From positions 62,001 through 126,000 of the forward strand of contig JAANOX010000083.1 of NCBI GenBank assembly GCA_020184695.1: DNA of 64,000 bases, written 5' to 3'. The stretch's first letter is position 1; each line of letters starts with the position of its first letter. The notes below the pieces were generated by a model. The model made no database searches, was not told where the DNA came from, and saw nothing but the letters and a program-made list of their open reading frames with translations. The DNA comes from Histomonas meleagridis 2922-C6/04-290x. Taxonomy: Eukaryota > Protista > Parabasalia. Positions 34,454 to 45,347 of this stretch are shown here, one piece after another. Made by a program: the position numbers and the translations under genes.

Positions 34454-36184
34454 ATGAATGCTTTAAAAATCCCAGAATACATTCAAAATTTAATTAAAGA
34501 CAATAGGCTAATTGAAGCAAGAAAAGAATGTATTAAAAATCATATTGATGCAGAATATTTAGAAACTAAGGTACAAAATTTGATGAATTCTGCAGATGTT
34601 CACTATAGTAAGAAAGAATACAAACAATCAATTGATGATTACATCAAGGTAATTGGGTTTGTCGAACCATCAATTGTTTTATGCAAATTCATCGCACCCC
34701 ATTTGTCAATTCATTTAACCAATTATTTAATCGAATTACATAAACGAGGTTGCGCCAACGCGCAGCATACGCAACTACTTTTCAACTTATTTAGACATCT
34801 TGATGCAAAAGAAATGCTTAATGATTTCCTTCAATACATTGAAACAGCTCATGAACAACAAATCAAAAAAGAAAAAATTGCGGCTAAAGAACAGTCAGGT
34901 TCTTCCCCATCTGAAACATCTTCAAATGAATTTGATACAGATTATGAAAATTTCCTCAATAACTTTAATGCTGATGCTGCCATTCAAACGCTCATTGACA
35001 ACGAAATGGAAGCCGAAGCTCTTCACATTGCTCAAGTTCTTAATCGTAATTCATTTTACATTTTCCTTTTAATCTCATTCAAACAAGACTATGAGGAAGC
35101 TGCCAACCAAATTGCTCTTCGTCTTCCTTCTGCGGAAAGTCGTGATCTTTTAATGAAATTTGGACCAATATTATTATTGTCTTCATCATCTGTGGTCAAA
35201 AAGATCGAAAACATTGCCAAAATCTCATGGCTTTCCTCGCAAACCCCACTTTCCTCAGATAAACAATTTTTAAAGCTTTTTGCCTCGCATCCGTTAAGTT
35301 GCATAAATTTCCTTCAATCTGTAATTCATCAAAAGTCTACACCTAGTTTTGCAAACAACCTTATTGCTCTTCTTATATCCAATGACACTAATAACTCCAG
35401 TCAAGAAGTTCTAGATTTGATAGATAATTTCCAAAAATTGAAATATGATCCTGATCTTGTTCTTAGCCTTTGCTGTCAAAATCACTTTACTACTGGCCTC
35501 GTTAAACTTCTTACACAACTTAATCGTCCACATGATTTGGTCAATTTACTAATCAGCGAAAGCTCAACAAACCAACTCTTCAAATTCTGCGAGACTAACC
35601 CCGATCTCAACAATGAAGACTGGCTTGAAATCTTTAAGTTTGTCGTAAGCGAAGCCGGATGGAAATCTTCCCCGCCGCAACCCTTCCTTAAAAAGCTCAT
35701 CGAAAACGCATCAAAAGCGATGCCGCTTGCGGCTATCGTTGAAACGTTAACGAAGAATCCGTTAATTTCCATTGATGTTGTTCGGAGTGAACTTTTTGGG
35801 ATGTTTACACAGCTGGTGGGTGAACTAGAAGTAAATGAGACAAAGAACAAAATATTATTAAAGGAACTGGAAGAAGTTGATAATGAAATAGAACGTCTTG
35901 AAGAAATAGATATCGAGTTCAAGCCAATGAAATGTGACAGATGTAAAAATGATATCACTGGTCCACCTTATGTTGGATTCATGTGCGGTCATATGTTTCA
36001 TACTAGAGAAGGTTGTGTGGGTAGAGGTAGTAATAATGAAATGTTTTGCCCAATTTGCGGTGAATGTAATTCTCCAAATTTGGAACAAGAATTCGTAACG
36101 GATGAACAAATTGATTTGTCTAAGCTGGATTTAATAGATGAGGCAGTGAAAATGATCGATAATGGCCTTTTAAATAAATGCTGA
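34454..36184 (+). CDS. VPS11: Vps11-like protein (clathrin-repeat solenoid + RING)
   Basis: HYSKKEY..SI..YI..IGFVEPS.V..KF..LTNYL.ELH..G.A...HT.LL; C-terminal C..C..F.CGH.FH..C..CP.C. Confidence 0.8.
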   Translation: MNALKIPEYIQNLIKDNRLIEARKECIKNHIDAEYLETKVQNLMNSADVHYSKKEYKQSIDDYIKVIGFVEPSIVLCKFIAPHLSIHLTNYLIELHKRGCANAQHTQLLFNLFRHLDAKEMLNDFLQYIETAHEQQIKKEKIAAKEQSGSSPSETSSNEFDTDYENFLNNFNADAAIQTLIDNEMEAEALHIAQVLNRNSFYIFLLISFKQDYEEAANQIALRLPSAESRDLLMKFGPILLLSSSSVVKKIENIAKISWLSSQTPLSSDKQFLKLFASHPLSCINFLQSVIHQKSTPSFANNLIALLISNDTNNSSQEVLDLIDNFQKLKYDPDLVLSLCCQNHFTTGLVKLLTQLNRPHDLVNLLISESSTNQLFKFCETNPDLNNEDWLEIFKFVVSEAGWKSSPPQPFLKKLIENASKAMPLAAIVETLTKNPLISIDVVRSELFGMFTQLVGELEVNETKNKILLKELEEVDNEIERLEEIDIEFKPMKCDRCKNDITGPPYVGFMCGHMFHTREGCVGRGSNNEMFCPICGECNSPNLEQEFVTDEQIDLSKLDLIDEAVKMIDNGLLNKC

Positions 36185-36414
36185 GTTTTTGGATGAAATT
36201 GACAAAAATATTTTTTAGTGTGAATGGGATAAAAATATATTGAAAACATAAAATGTAATTCTGTTTAAAATTAAAATACATTAAAAAAATCAGATATCTG
36301 AAATTTGATATTTTCGAAACTTAACTTATATCAGATTTGAACGGGTCTGTTTGTATTCACGTCACATCACATTTCAATAAACGGTTATGAATAAATTTGG
36401 AGCTAAAATTTTAG

Positions 36415-37800
36415 ATGCAAAAGCAAATTCCTCCAGATCCTCCGTACCAATATCAAATCCCTCAAGGCCAGCAACCTGGATTTATGCAAAACAGACAAAT
36501 GATGTACAATCAAACATATCCAATTAATCAAGGATATCCACTTCAATTTCCACAGCAAATGATTCCTCCACAACATCCTATGCAAATGAAGTATGTGCAA
36601 AACCAAAGAACAAGAACTGCTAAAATACCAAAATCCCAACAAAACCAAATTTTACAAATGTATTCACAACAAGCAACAGGGAAAAAGAGGGGATATAATC
36701 ATACTATGCCAAAAACTCCAACTGTTTCACCTAATATTCCACAACCTCCGCCTCAACCAAATATTATTGATTTTCCACAAAATCCACCAGTAAATCATGA
36801 AGCTCAAGCTATTCAATTGTTGAGCACTTTAAATGATGAAACTGCGGATTTTTTGTTTCAAATTATTGGCTGTACTGCTCCAACACGAATTGAAAAAGAA
36901 AAATATTTTATCACCACGATTCTTCCTAGCACTCCACCTCCCCAAATTCAAAAGCTTTTTTACCTGTTTGCTCATTCCAAGCCCAGTGAAATTAAAAAAC
37001 TGAGAGAACCAAGTGTTCCCATATTATTTAATAGCTTAAAAGTGCTTGCAGGAAGCATTTCATACCACTTAGTTCCATTTAGTGTTGGTGGTATTGATTA
37101 TCATCCTCCTTTCTACAACCCAAATCTGATGTGCATTGGAAGTTTCATTTGTCCATATATAAACAAACAGACCCCAGTCAATTCCATAATTTTAAACGGA
37201 AAGGAAATCTTTTCTACTAATTTCGGATCAAATGAAAAATATTTTGTTCTTATAACAGATTTAAGCAAAAATACAAATATTCGAATGAACTTTCAACCTT
37301 CAATTAATGCAATCAACTATTTGACATGGTTTGTGATTCAACTCGTAGAAAAGAAACAGATATCATTGATAATCCGCGAAATTACACCAAAGTCCAAGCA
37401 AGGAACAAAATTTAATGAACATACTTTATTTGCTAAAACTGAAAAATGCAAAAATTGCTTGTTCTTGGTCAAGAATATCATATTGGAATTCTTCAATAGT
37501 GGTGCCTGTACATGCCCAATGTGCGGAGCCGAAATCAATTTAAATCATTTGAAATTTGTCCAAAGACAGAATATGCAGAATATCCAACCAAAACCTCCAG
37601 AAGAGGATCCGATGCTTTCCAGTGCGCAACAATACTTGGGCAGTGTCATTGGGCCACTTTTCGATATATCAGATTCAAATCAAACCAATCAATGGTTTGA
37701 TACCGTTTTCAAATCAGATGGAATTCAAGCGGAAGAATATCACGAAATGGAATATCTGAATGCGAACGAATACATTAGACAATTGTATGAAATAGAGTAA
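36415..37800 (+). CDS. Q/P-rich protein with degenerate SP-RING-like zinc finger
   Basis: Q/P-rich N-terminus; KC.NC.F..CTCPMCG.EI.L..L. Confidence 0.65.
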   Translation: MQKQIPPDPPYQYQIPQGQQPGFMQNRQMMYNQTYPINQGYPLQFPQQMIPPQHPMQMKYVQNQRTRTAKIPKSQQNQILQMYSQQATGKKRGYNHTMPKTPTVSPNIPQPPPQPNIIDFPQNPPVNHEAQAIQLLSTLNDETADFLFQIIGCTAPTRIEKEKYFITTILPSTPPPQIQKLFYLFAHSKPSEIKKLREPSVPILFNSLKVLAGSISYHLVPFSVGGIDYHPPFYNPNLMCIGSFICPYINKQTPVNSIILNGKEIFSTNFGSNEKYFVLITDLSKNTNIRMNFQPSINAINYLTWFVIQLVEKKQISLIIREITPKSKQGTKFNEHTLFAKTEKCKNCLFLVKNIILEFFNSGACTCPMCGAEINLNHLKFVQRQNMQNIQPKPPEEDPMLSSAQQYLGSVIGPLFDISDSNQTNQWFDTVFKSDGIQAEEYHEMEYLNANEYIRQLYEIE

Positions 37801-38050
37801 AGAACTTGTTTTATATATTATATTTTCTATGAATTTAAAACATTTATTGAGCAGAAAAAGACGAAAACAAATGAAGCAATTATTTAATTTAAATGGAATA
37901 TCAAAAAAAAAAAAAAAATTAATTTTCATATAAACAACTTTTGAAGTTCATTGTTTTTGATATTGCAATAATGTTATTCCAAAATGGAATTTGTATCTAA
38001 TTAATAAATTTAAAGAGTATTTAATATTATATGTTCTTATTAAATAATAT

Positions 38051-38510
38051 TTATAAATACATTTGATTTATGAATTTTTCTTCTTTGAAATCATCTTCTT
38101 CACTTTCATTTTCTACATCACTAAACGTATAAATATCTTTAGTATTAACATTAATTCCTTTTTGTTTAAGAAGTAATTTAACTATTTCTGTGTTACCATA
38201 TAAACATGCAATCATAAGTGCTGTTTCAAATGTTTTAAATAATTTCCAAATATTATTTTGAAATTCTAAATTATTAAAATAAATATCAAATAAAACAAAT
38301 AAATATCTTTATCATTAATATCAATTCCTTCTTGTTCAAATAGTAATTTAACTATTTCTGTATGACCTCTTTCAGATGCAATCATAAATACTGTATTAAA
38401 TAAAATAAATAATTTCCAAATATTATTTTTAAATATCAAATTATTAAAATAAATATCAAATAAAACAAATAAATATCTTCAGCATTAATATCAATTCTTT
38501 CTTGTTAAGT
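38051..38510 (-). pseudogene. 5'-truncated ankyrin module + 77-nt spacer array with acidic tail
   Basis: Modules 38305-38397 and 38135-38227 (93 nt), spacers 38398-38474 and 38228-38304 (77 nt); last module reads into IYTFSDVENESEEDDF..-stop 38051. Confidence 0.75.
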
Positions 38511-38611
38511 ATGAAAATTAAAAGATTTCATTTAGAATTCCACACAATGATAACTCATTTGTTTGTTTAATATAATATTAAAGTTTAGTAAAAATATCAT
38601 TTTATATTATT

Positions 38612-40264
38612 TTACTGTAGATCGTACAATTGTTTTTTAAGTGGGTATATATTCGATACATCCCAATTATTCATCAAATAAGTCAAGAAGTTTTGTCCAA
38701 TTTCCTTTAACTTTCCGCCATACATTAGCAAATCTTTTGTTTGCGTAATACTTGGTGCAAATACAATTGCCAAATTTGCAGAAGTCATCTTTGTGTTCTC
38801 TTCAAATTGTGATAGCCATTGAAGAAAACCAATTATATACGCTAATGTTGCTCGATGACATTCAGGCAACGAATTCGCAAAATCCATATAACCGTCGTTA
38901 TTAACGGTCGCCAACTTATCGAACATTGAAAATGGAACGATAGGATCCGACAGATTCCTTACCCACTGCTTCATGAGCGAAGCAAGGTCATCCATCCTCT
39001 CGTTCTCTGGGATTGAGCCCCCATTATTTATTATCTCAACGAGAGTGTCAATTCTTTTTGCGTTTCCAGATATTCTAAATATACCAAGATGATTATCACA
39101 ACCTTTCTTTATAAGAAGATCAACCATTTGGTATAACACCAATGGTATTGGTAATTTTGGATACTTCTTTCTTTGGTCCCACATTATTTCATATAATGAT
39201 ACATCAAATACCTTATTGCAACTATTCATTTGCTCTGGAACAGCGAGGATCTGAGGTAGAAGCATTCCAACAAGAGGTTTGCCTACACAACATCTTCCAT
39301 GGAAACGAATGAAAATAAATTGTGCAATTTCAGAAATTGTTGGATCGAAATCGTTTATCTTTTGCAGTAAAAACGATTTTATCCAAGTTTCGCTATTCAA
39401 AGTTGATGGAAATATTGTTGCGATAATTAAGAATAATTTATATGTAAGCACTAAACAATCATATTTTGGATTTTGCTGCAACTGCTTCATCATTTGAAAG
39501 TAAACTTCGTCAATTAAAGGTTCTTTTGTATATAAAAGTTGGACTAATTCGTCTGCAGCATTTGGATTGGGTTTGTTGTTAGCGCCAGTAAAACTAAGAA
39601 TATAGTTAAAGCATTTGATGGCATCGTTTTTGTAGGGTTTTGGTAAGCTTTCAAGGAGTGGAGCTGATAATGGTTTTGATTGAAATGAGATTAAGGATTC
39701 AATAGAAACTGTGGTGCGCCGAAATACTCTTCGTTCTTTTTGTTTAGCAAAATATTTTTGTGCAAAATCTCTAAATATAAATTGATGAATTCCATCTGAT
39801 ATAGATTTAGGTAAGTAGCGAGGTTCATCTGTATCACGTGCTGTGAATAAATTTTTCTGTTTAGGACTAAATGTTTGGGATCGTTTCTTTGTGGTCGGTG
39901 GAACAAAACTTTGAACAGCTGGATCAACATGAATAATAAGGTTGTTAGTAGGAAGTCTCATTACAGAGTTCTTTCTTTGATGTTGTTCGAATGTGACTAA
40001 TGGTTCTCTTTTGCTAGATGGATCTTGTCTAAATGATAAACCGCTTTGCTTTCTTTCAAACGAAGATGTTCGGTCGAGTCTAGCTTTACTTTCTATTTGG
40101 TCAGGAAAATTTTCGTTTGGATTTGGAAATCTTTTTCGAGTTTTTGGATCAAGAACAATTCCATTTACAGGATAATTCCACGTTGTTGTTCCTAGTGTTG
40201 CGTCTAAGTAATAATACTTTTGCTTTTTTTCGTCGAAATAAGCGTAGTAGCCTTTTTTTTGCAT
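38612..40264 (-). CDS. WW-MyTH4-RhoGAP protein (ARHGAP39-like architecture)
   Basis: YYYL..GTTTWNYP; L.DEVYFQ.MKQL..NP; GIFRISG, LMKQW.R.L.DP, NKMT..NLAIVFAP-like. Confidence 0.9.
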   Translation of the reverse strand: MQKKGYYAYFDEKKQKYYYLDATLGTTTWNYPVNGIVLDPKTRKRFPNPNENFPDQIESKARLDRTSSFERKQSGLSFRQDPSSKREPLVTFEQHQRKNSVMRLPTNNLIIHVDPAVQSFVPPTTKKRSQTFSPKQKNLFTARDTDEPRYLPKSISDGIHQFIFRDFAQKYFAKQKERRVFRRTTVSIESLISFQSKPLSAPLLESLPKPYKNDAIKCFNYILSFTGANNKPNPNAADELVQLLYTKEPLIDEVYFQMMKQLQQNPKYDCLVLTYKLFLIIATIFPSTLNSETWIKSFLLQKINDFDPTISEIAQFIFIRFHGRCCVGKPLVGMLLPQILAVPEQMNSCNKVFDVSLYEIMWDQRKKYPKLPIPLVLYQMVDLLIKKGCDNHLGIFRISGNAKRIDTLVEIINNGGSIPENERMDDLASLMKQWVRNLSDPIVPFSMFDKLATVNNDGYMDFANSLPECHRATLAYIIGFLQWLSQFEENTKMTSANLAIVFAPSITQTKDLLMYGGKLKEIGQNFLTYLMNNWDVSNIYPLKKQLYDLQ

Positions 40265-40455
40265 TTATTCGACCTGTTATGACATTTTTCAGTCAATTTA
40301 TCGCTCGTTACAGTAAATGTAAAGTTATAAAATTGTCGGTTTTTTATTTCTGTAAACTTTACAAACATGATTTCAATAAACTTAACAAAAACTCACTGAG
40401 TTTACATTAGTCAGATGCTTTACATCAAAAGTACGATAGAAAACATTTATTACAT

Positions 40456-41322
40456 CTAACAAGCTATTAAGACCTTCTTAAGTTCTATTTGTGCTTCTTT
40501 AGGAAGATCTTTTAATGAAAAAGGCATGTTTACAGTTAATTCCTTGTCTTTCAAAAATGGAATTAATATATTCCATGCCTCTTTACACTTACTAGGTGGT
40601 GTATTTGCAATTTTAACTGCCATCTCTTTAAGTTGGACATATGTGGGCGGCGTTTCTTTTGGCTTTTTATTTGTTTGTTCTTTTGTTGGATTTGTAATTT
40701 TAGGTGCTGGAATTATAGGCCTATTACGTATTATATTTGGGTTAACCACCTTTATGAAATCATTTTGGATATTGTTTAAATAAGTATCAAGTTCTCTTAA
40801 ATCATTGACAACATCAGATTTCCTTGGCAAAGTACATTCTTTCCAGATTCTGTCAATAGCATTTTTAGCTTCATTAGCAATGCGAGTTAAAGGATCATTG
40901 GGGCCATTATAATGTCTGCAATTTTCCCATATCAAATCTAAATTATCCTTGAAATGATTAATGGAGACAATGGTTCCATTTAAAAGTTGCTCAAGGAGTG
41001 TTTCAAAATCCATTGGATTTTTAATCACATTATAGTAATTGCTAGCGTCATTTGGATTAACACTTTTTTTAAAAGAACTTAAATCCTTGTTTTTAATTAG
41101 TTCTTTTAACAGCATTTCACAGTATTGAAGAGTAAGTACACCTCTTGGTATATCTATGTTTATTTGAAATTGATTAAATTGGGATGTTGGCTTTGGGATA
41201 ATTTTTGGTTGTTCTTTGACTACTGGAGGTAGACTTGCATTTGTAGTATTACTGCATTTGAAGACAATTTTAGGATGAGGAAGAAGAGTCGAAAAAACAA
41301 ATCGATGTTGACTAAAATCCAT
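40456..41322 (-). CDS. Bromodomain protein
   Basis: F...V.P....YY.VIKNPMDF..L...F..L.LIW.NC..YNG. Confidence 0.9.
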   Translation of the reverse strand: MDFSQHRFVFSTLLPHPKIVFKCSNTTNASLPPVVKEQPKIIPKPTSQFNQFQINIDIPRGVLTLQYCEMLLKELIKNKDLSSFKKSVNPNDASNYYNVIKNPMDFETLLEQLLNGTIVSINHFKDNLDLIWENCRHYNGPNDPLTRIANEAKNAIDRIWKECTLPRKSDVVNDLRELDTYLNNIQNDFIKVVNPNIIRNRPIIPAPKITNPTKEQTNKKPKETPPTYVQLKEMAVKIANTPPSKCKEAWNILIPFLKDKELTVNMPFSLKDLPKEAQIELKKVLIAC

Positions 41323-41432
41323 CTTGAATATTCTATAATTATTTTCCCATACTTTTGGGAAAACCGGAATAGCCGATTATGGAGATATGTTTTTCACGTG
41401 ACATGTCATGCAGGTTTCCTTCCAATCTCAAA

Positions 41433-43070
41433 ATGGATGATTCCAAAAATGAGAGCTATTTAAGCAAACTGGAATCATTCAACAACAGCCTTTGCAAAGA
41501 AAGTGATGAAATTATGGCATTAACAGATCAATCAAAAAAATGGTTTCCAACATTGTTATCGATTTTCGATAAAATTTCGCCCAGCATCAAGTTAAATCCA
41601 AAAGAAAATCAAGAGCTTACTGAGGTAGAAGCCAAACTCTCTGAGATATTGGGGAAAACAATGACTTTATTAATTAATGATGATTATGTTACATCTCAAA
41701 TCAGGGAAATTCGCACGTTATTTTACAAATTCATTGATGTTTCCAAATGTTATAAAGCATTATGTACAAAATTACCTGAGATTCCATTTAATCCAACAGC
41801 AGAAACATTACAAAAAGCCATAAAAAATAAATACTCAAAAATGCTTTCTCAACTTTCTGATGACACGAACTTAGAGCCAGCAGATTTAATGTCTCTTAAT
41901 ATATTTCCGTCATCTTTTCCACACCATGTTATTGCATATTCTCAAGCTCTTTGTAACATAATAGATATACAACGGCATCTTGTTTTTTCAAAAGCCACTT
42001 TACAAAGTCAAATTGAATTATTCGAAATCCAAAATAGTTCACCATCACCAAAGATCATCCAGCAATTTCCAGAATTCCAAAAACATGTTCGACTTCAAAA
42101 TGAACTTCTTAAGCATACCGCCTATCTTTCCAATCATATTCATAATGATTTTCAAAATATATCAAAATTATGCGAACAAATTTCATCAGACAGAAGCACG
42201 TTAATACAACTTATCCAAGTTGACTTTACCAACAACAGAGAAGGAATGCTTCAATATCTTGATGCACTTGTCAGCTTTGATTTATTCATTAGACACAATA
42301 AATTTGTTAAAATACTTTCAACGCACTTTGACCCTTTTAAGTTCACGCCACGTGACTATTCGAAAAGGCTTAGCGATCTTTCATTGCAACTTCAAAACTC
42401 AAATCTAACCGAAAAACAGGCGGTTTTGACAGAGACGATACAAATTCGAGATTCAATTAAAAGTGACATTGCAATATGTCAAGAAAAACTTAATGAACTT
42501 AATCAAAGACTCATAGCTTCTCCTATCCAAAACGCAAATATGAACACATCACGATCACAGCAAAATGCAATTAATCATTTTAGAGACATGATTAATGCAT
42601 TTCGCCAAATTACAGATGTATCCATTGAATGTATTAACTCAATACAAACCATTGAAACAGCATCATCAATCTTTTCTAAACAATTTGGAGCCCTTAATTA
42701 TAAGGACCTTACGTTACTTAGCACAGTTTATCATTCGTCATTAAATTATTTCGAATTATTATCCGAATCGATGAAGAAAAAAATAGAAGAAAAGGAACAA
42801 ATAAACAGTGAAATTTTAGAACAAATATACCAATGTAGAGCAGAAACTGATCGAATTAAAATGGTTGCCAAATCATTAAGGAAAAAACGCAAAACGCCAG
42901 AAATTATATGCAACGAATGCGAGAAATGTCGAAAGTTTGTGATATCTCGGTGTGGTCATTCGTTTTGCAACAGTTGTATTGATAAGATTTATGATGAGAG
43001 ATTATTTGTTTGTCCGGCATGTGGTACTGAGTTTAGTGAAGGAGACATAATTAGAATCAATTGGAAATAA
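41433..43070 (+). CDS. Bre1-like coiled-coil + C3HC4 RING E3 ligase
   Basis: Long coiled coil, terminal C..C..VISRCGHSFC..C..CP.C..F...D; ORF opens at 41379. Confidence 0.7.
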   Translation: MDDSKNESYLSKLESFNNSLCKESDEIMALTDQSKKWFPTLLSIFDKISPSIKLNPKENQELTEVEAKLSEILGKTMTLLINDDYVTSQIREIRTLFYKFIDVSKCYKALCTKLPEIPFNPTAETLQKAIKNKYSKMLSQLSDDTNLEPADLMSLNIFPSSFPHHVIAYSQALCNIIDIQRHLVFSKATLQSQIELFEIQNSSPSPKIIQQFPEFQKHVRLQNELLKHTAYLSNHIHNDFQNISKLCEQISSDRSTLIQLIQVDFTNNREGMLQYLDALVSFDLFIRHNKFVKILSTHFDPFKFTPRDYSKRLSDLSLQLQNSNLTEKQAVLTETIQIRDSIKSDIAICQEKLNELNQRLIASPIQNANMNTSRSQQNAINHFRDMINAFRQITDVSIECINSIQTIETASSIFSKQFGALNYKDLTLLSTVYHSSLNYFELLSESMKKKIEEKEQINSEILEQIYQCRAETDRIKMVAKSLRKKRKTPEIICNECEKCRKFVISRCGHSFCNSCIDKIYDERLFVCPACGTEFSEGDIIRINWK

Positions 43071-43183
43071 GTACTGTTTCTAATGCTTTATAGATTTCTT
43101 TTAAATAAATTATTTATTCTATGATTTATTGAACGATAATTGAGAGCTTAAATGGGGTGTCCCAAAATTTGGGTGTTTTAAGG

Positions 43184-44110
43184 ATGTCAGACCTTGAAAC
43201 AGAGCTGTTGGATGATCACCCAGATAACTCAGATAGCAATAGCGAATGCAAATGTTTTATTGTAGCAGCAAGCATTGGATTATTTTTTTTTTATATCAGT
43301 GCCATACTTATCTTAATTTCGAATATTTGTTTCATCAAAAAAGTAGATGATATGTTTCTTACTATGATCGGCTCAGAGGAACGTGAAGATGCAATTTTTT
43401 TAATTTGGACAATCTCCAGTTTGATTTTTTTAATTAATGTAGTTGCAATTTGGGTTATTATCGTTTATTACAAACCCCAATCCATATGTGAAAGGTGTTT
43501 CATAGCAATGATACCTGATTTGATGGCAATTGCATTTTTTTTATTCATCATCTCTTTTGTTTTTCTTTGTATTGGATTTTCATATGTTTCCCCATCTAAG
43601 CATGACAGTTATTACAAGAACGCGATGGAAGTCATCAAAAATTATTACAAAAAGCCAAAAGCCAATCAATGGTTTTTTGATCAATTGGGCCTCTCTGACA
43701 AAGAAGCTAATGAAAGCGTTATTGGTGAATTTCTTGTTCAAATGATCAAATCTAATTGCGAACAATGTAATCGTTATCAATTGAGATTATATGCTATTAT
43801 ATTCTATGTATCACCAACTGTAACCATCTTTTTTTCTTGTTTTTATAATTGTTGTTGTTCATCTGATTCATCTCAAACAACTGAAGAAAGCCAACACATT
43901 GAATTCAACGCCAGCCCAAAAAGTGACGATCATACGAAAAGTGACAATTTTATCAGTCATAGTCGAAAAAATAAAAATGTTAATAAAACTAAAAATAGAA
44001 GAAAAACAAAGAAAGGAAAGAAAATTAAAAGGTCAAAGAACAAAATGAAATATGAAAAAATTTCTGATGAAGATTCATCATCATATGATGGATTATATAA
44101 TTTTTTCTAA
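43184..44110 (+). CDS. Multipass membrane protein with tetraspanin-like topology and basic tail
   Basis: Three close hydrophobic segments, a large loop, a fourth TM, Cys cluster and K/R-rich tail. Confidence 0.6.
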   Translation: MSDLETELLDDHPDNSDSNSECKCFIVAASIGLFFFYISAILILISNICFIKKVDDMFLTMIGSEEREDAIFLIWTISSLIFLINVVAIWVIIVYYKPQSICERCFIAMIPDLMAIAFFLFIISFVFLCIGFSYVSPSKHDSYYKNAMEVIKNYYKKPKANQWFFDQLGLSDKEANESVIGEFLVQMIKSNCEQCNRYQLRLYAIIFYVSPTVTIFFSCFYNCCCSSDSSQTTEESQHIEFNASPKSDDHTKSDNFISHSRKNKNVNKTKNRRKTKKGKKIKRSKNKMKYEKISDEDSSSYDGLYNFF

Positions 44111-44822
44111 GAAATGCAATATTTTTGTCACAAAATAATTTTGATTTTTATTTTAAATATTAATAAGAAATCCTCTTTAATAAATGTTACCTTATGGTAA
44201 TAATTAAACCAATATTTATTAAAATATCAAAAGAAAATGTAAATCATATATATATAACAATCAACATCATTTCTTCTGTTCGAATAGTAATCGGATCGCA
44301 CGTCAGCTTTTTCAACAAATAAATGAAGTATCATTTAATTAGAATCAAATACTTTCTTTTAAAATATATGAATTGATATTATAAATTAGATATAACATGT
44401 GTTTTTTATTTTTTGCAAAACTATGTCTGGTTCTCATATTAAAAAAATATAAGCTGCAAAAAATATTTTTTTATAGATGATTCTATAAATAACATATCTG
44501 TTATATTAAAATAACAATTTTTGTATTCTATTTATGATGCTTATCTGAATTTCTGAAGATAGTTGTTTATACTTTAACATTACATACAAAGAGCTTATTT
44601 ATCAAACATAATGTTTTATAGAAGCCCGAGCTTCTGTTTCATTGTAAGTTTGTTTAAATTTGAAATATTTACAATAGATATCTATCAATTTTTTTTTTTT
44701 GGAAGTAATTTTATTTTACTTAGATATTTACATTTTAATCTTTGATTTATCTTTTTATTATTTATCTCGTTATTTCGTAAAACATAAAACAAAATCAAGC
44801 TTGATGAGGAATTTATTCATTT

Positions 44823-45347
44823 TTAGATGTGGAAGAAATCAAAACCACTTGTGTTTTTAAACTCACCAAATTGGAAATCAATTTGATCGCAAAAACGTGA
44901 AATATCGGATTCAACAGATTCGGATAATGTTACTTCATTAAAGTTTTCACCAGCATTTATGTTTTTCTTCCTATTTTCTTCGCCATAAATTCCTCTTATT
45001 GGTTTAAATGTTGAAGATGTTGAGTTTCCATCTCCTTGGAATACTTTGAACCATCTTGCTTTAACTTGAATATCTGTTCTTCCAGGTAAACATTTAGCAA
45101 TTTTTGTCCATTTGAAACCAAGTTCATTTACCATTTGATGAAGTATTTCATCTTCTTGGGGATTCCATGGTGCTTTTGCTGAGTCACTACATATGTAATG
45201 CTTCCATCTTTCTCTGCATTGCCGAACATTTCTATTAGGCATGCGTGATGCAACTTTTCTCCATTGATCTTCCCCATATTCAGCTACAAGTGCTTTTAAT
45301 TGACAATCTTCATGTGGAAGAAATTTTGCACGAACTCTTTTTTTCAT
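44823..45347 (-). CDS. R2R3 Myb-like transcription factor
   Basis: KF.PHED..L..LV..YG..W..VA..MPNR..RQCRERW; WNPQED..GRTD.QVK.RW. Confidence 0.93.
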   Translation of the reverse strand: MKKRVRAKFLPHEDCQLKALVAEYGEDQWRKVASRMPNRNVRQCRERWKHYICSDSAKAPWNPQEDEILHQMVNELGFKWTKIAKCLPGRTDIQVKARWFKVFQGDGNSTSSTFKPIRGIYGEENRKKNINAGENFNEVTLSESVESDISRFCDQIDFQFGEFKNTSGFDFFHI

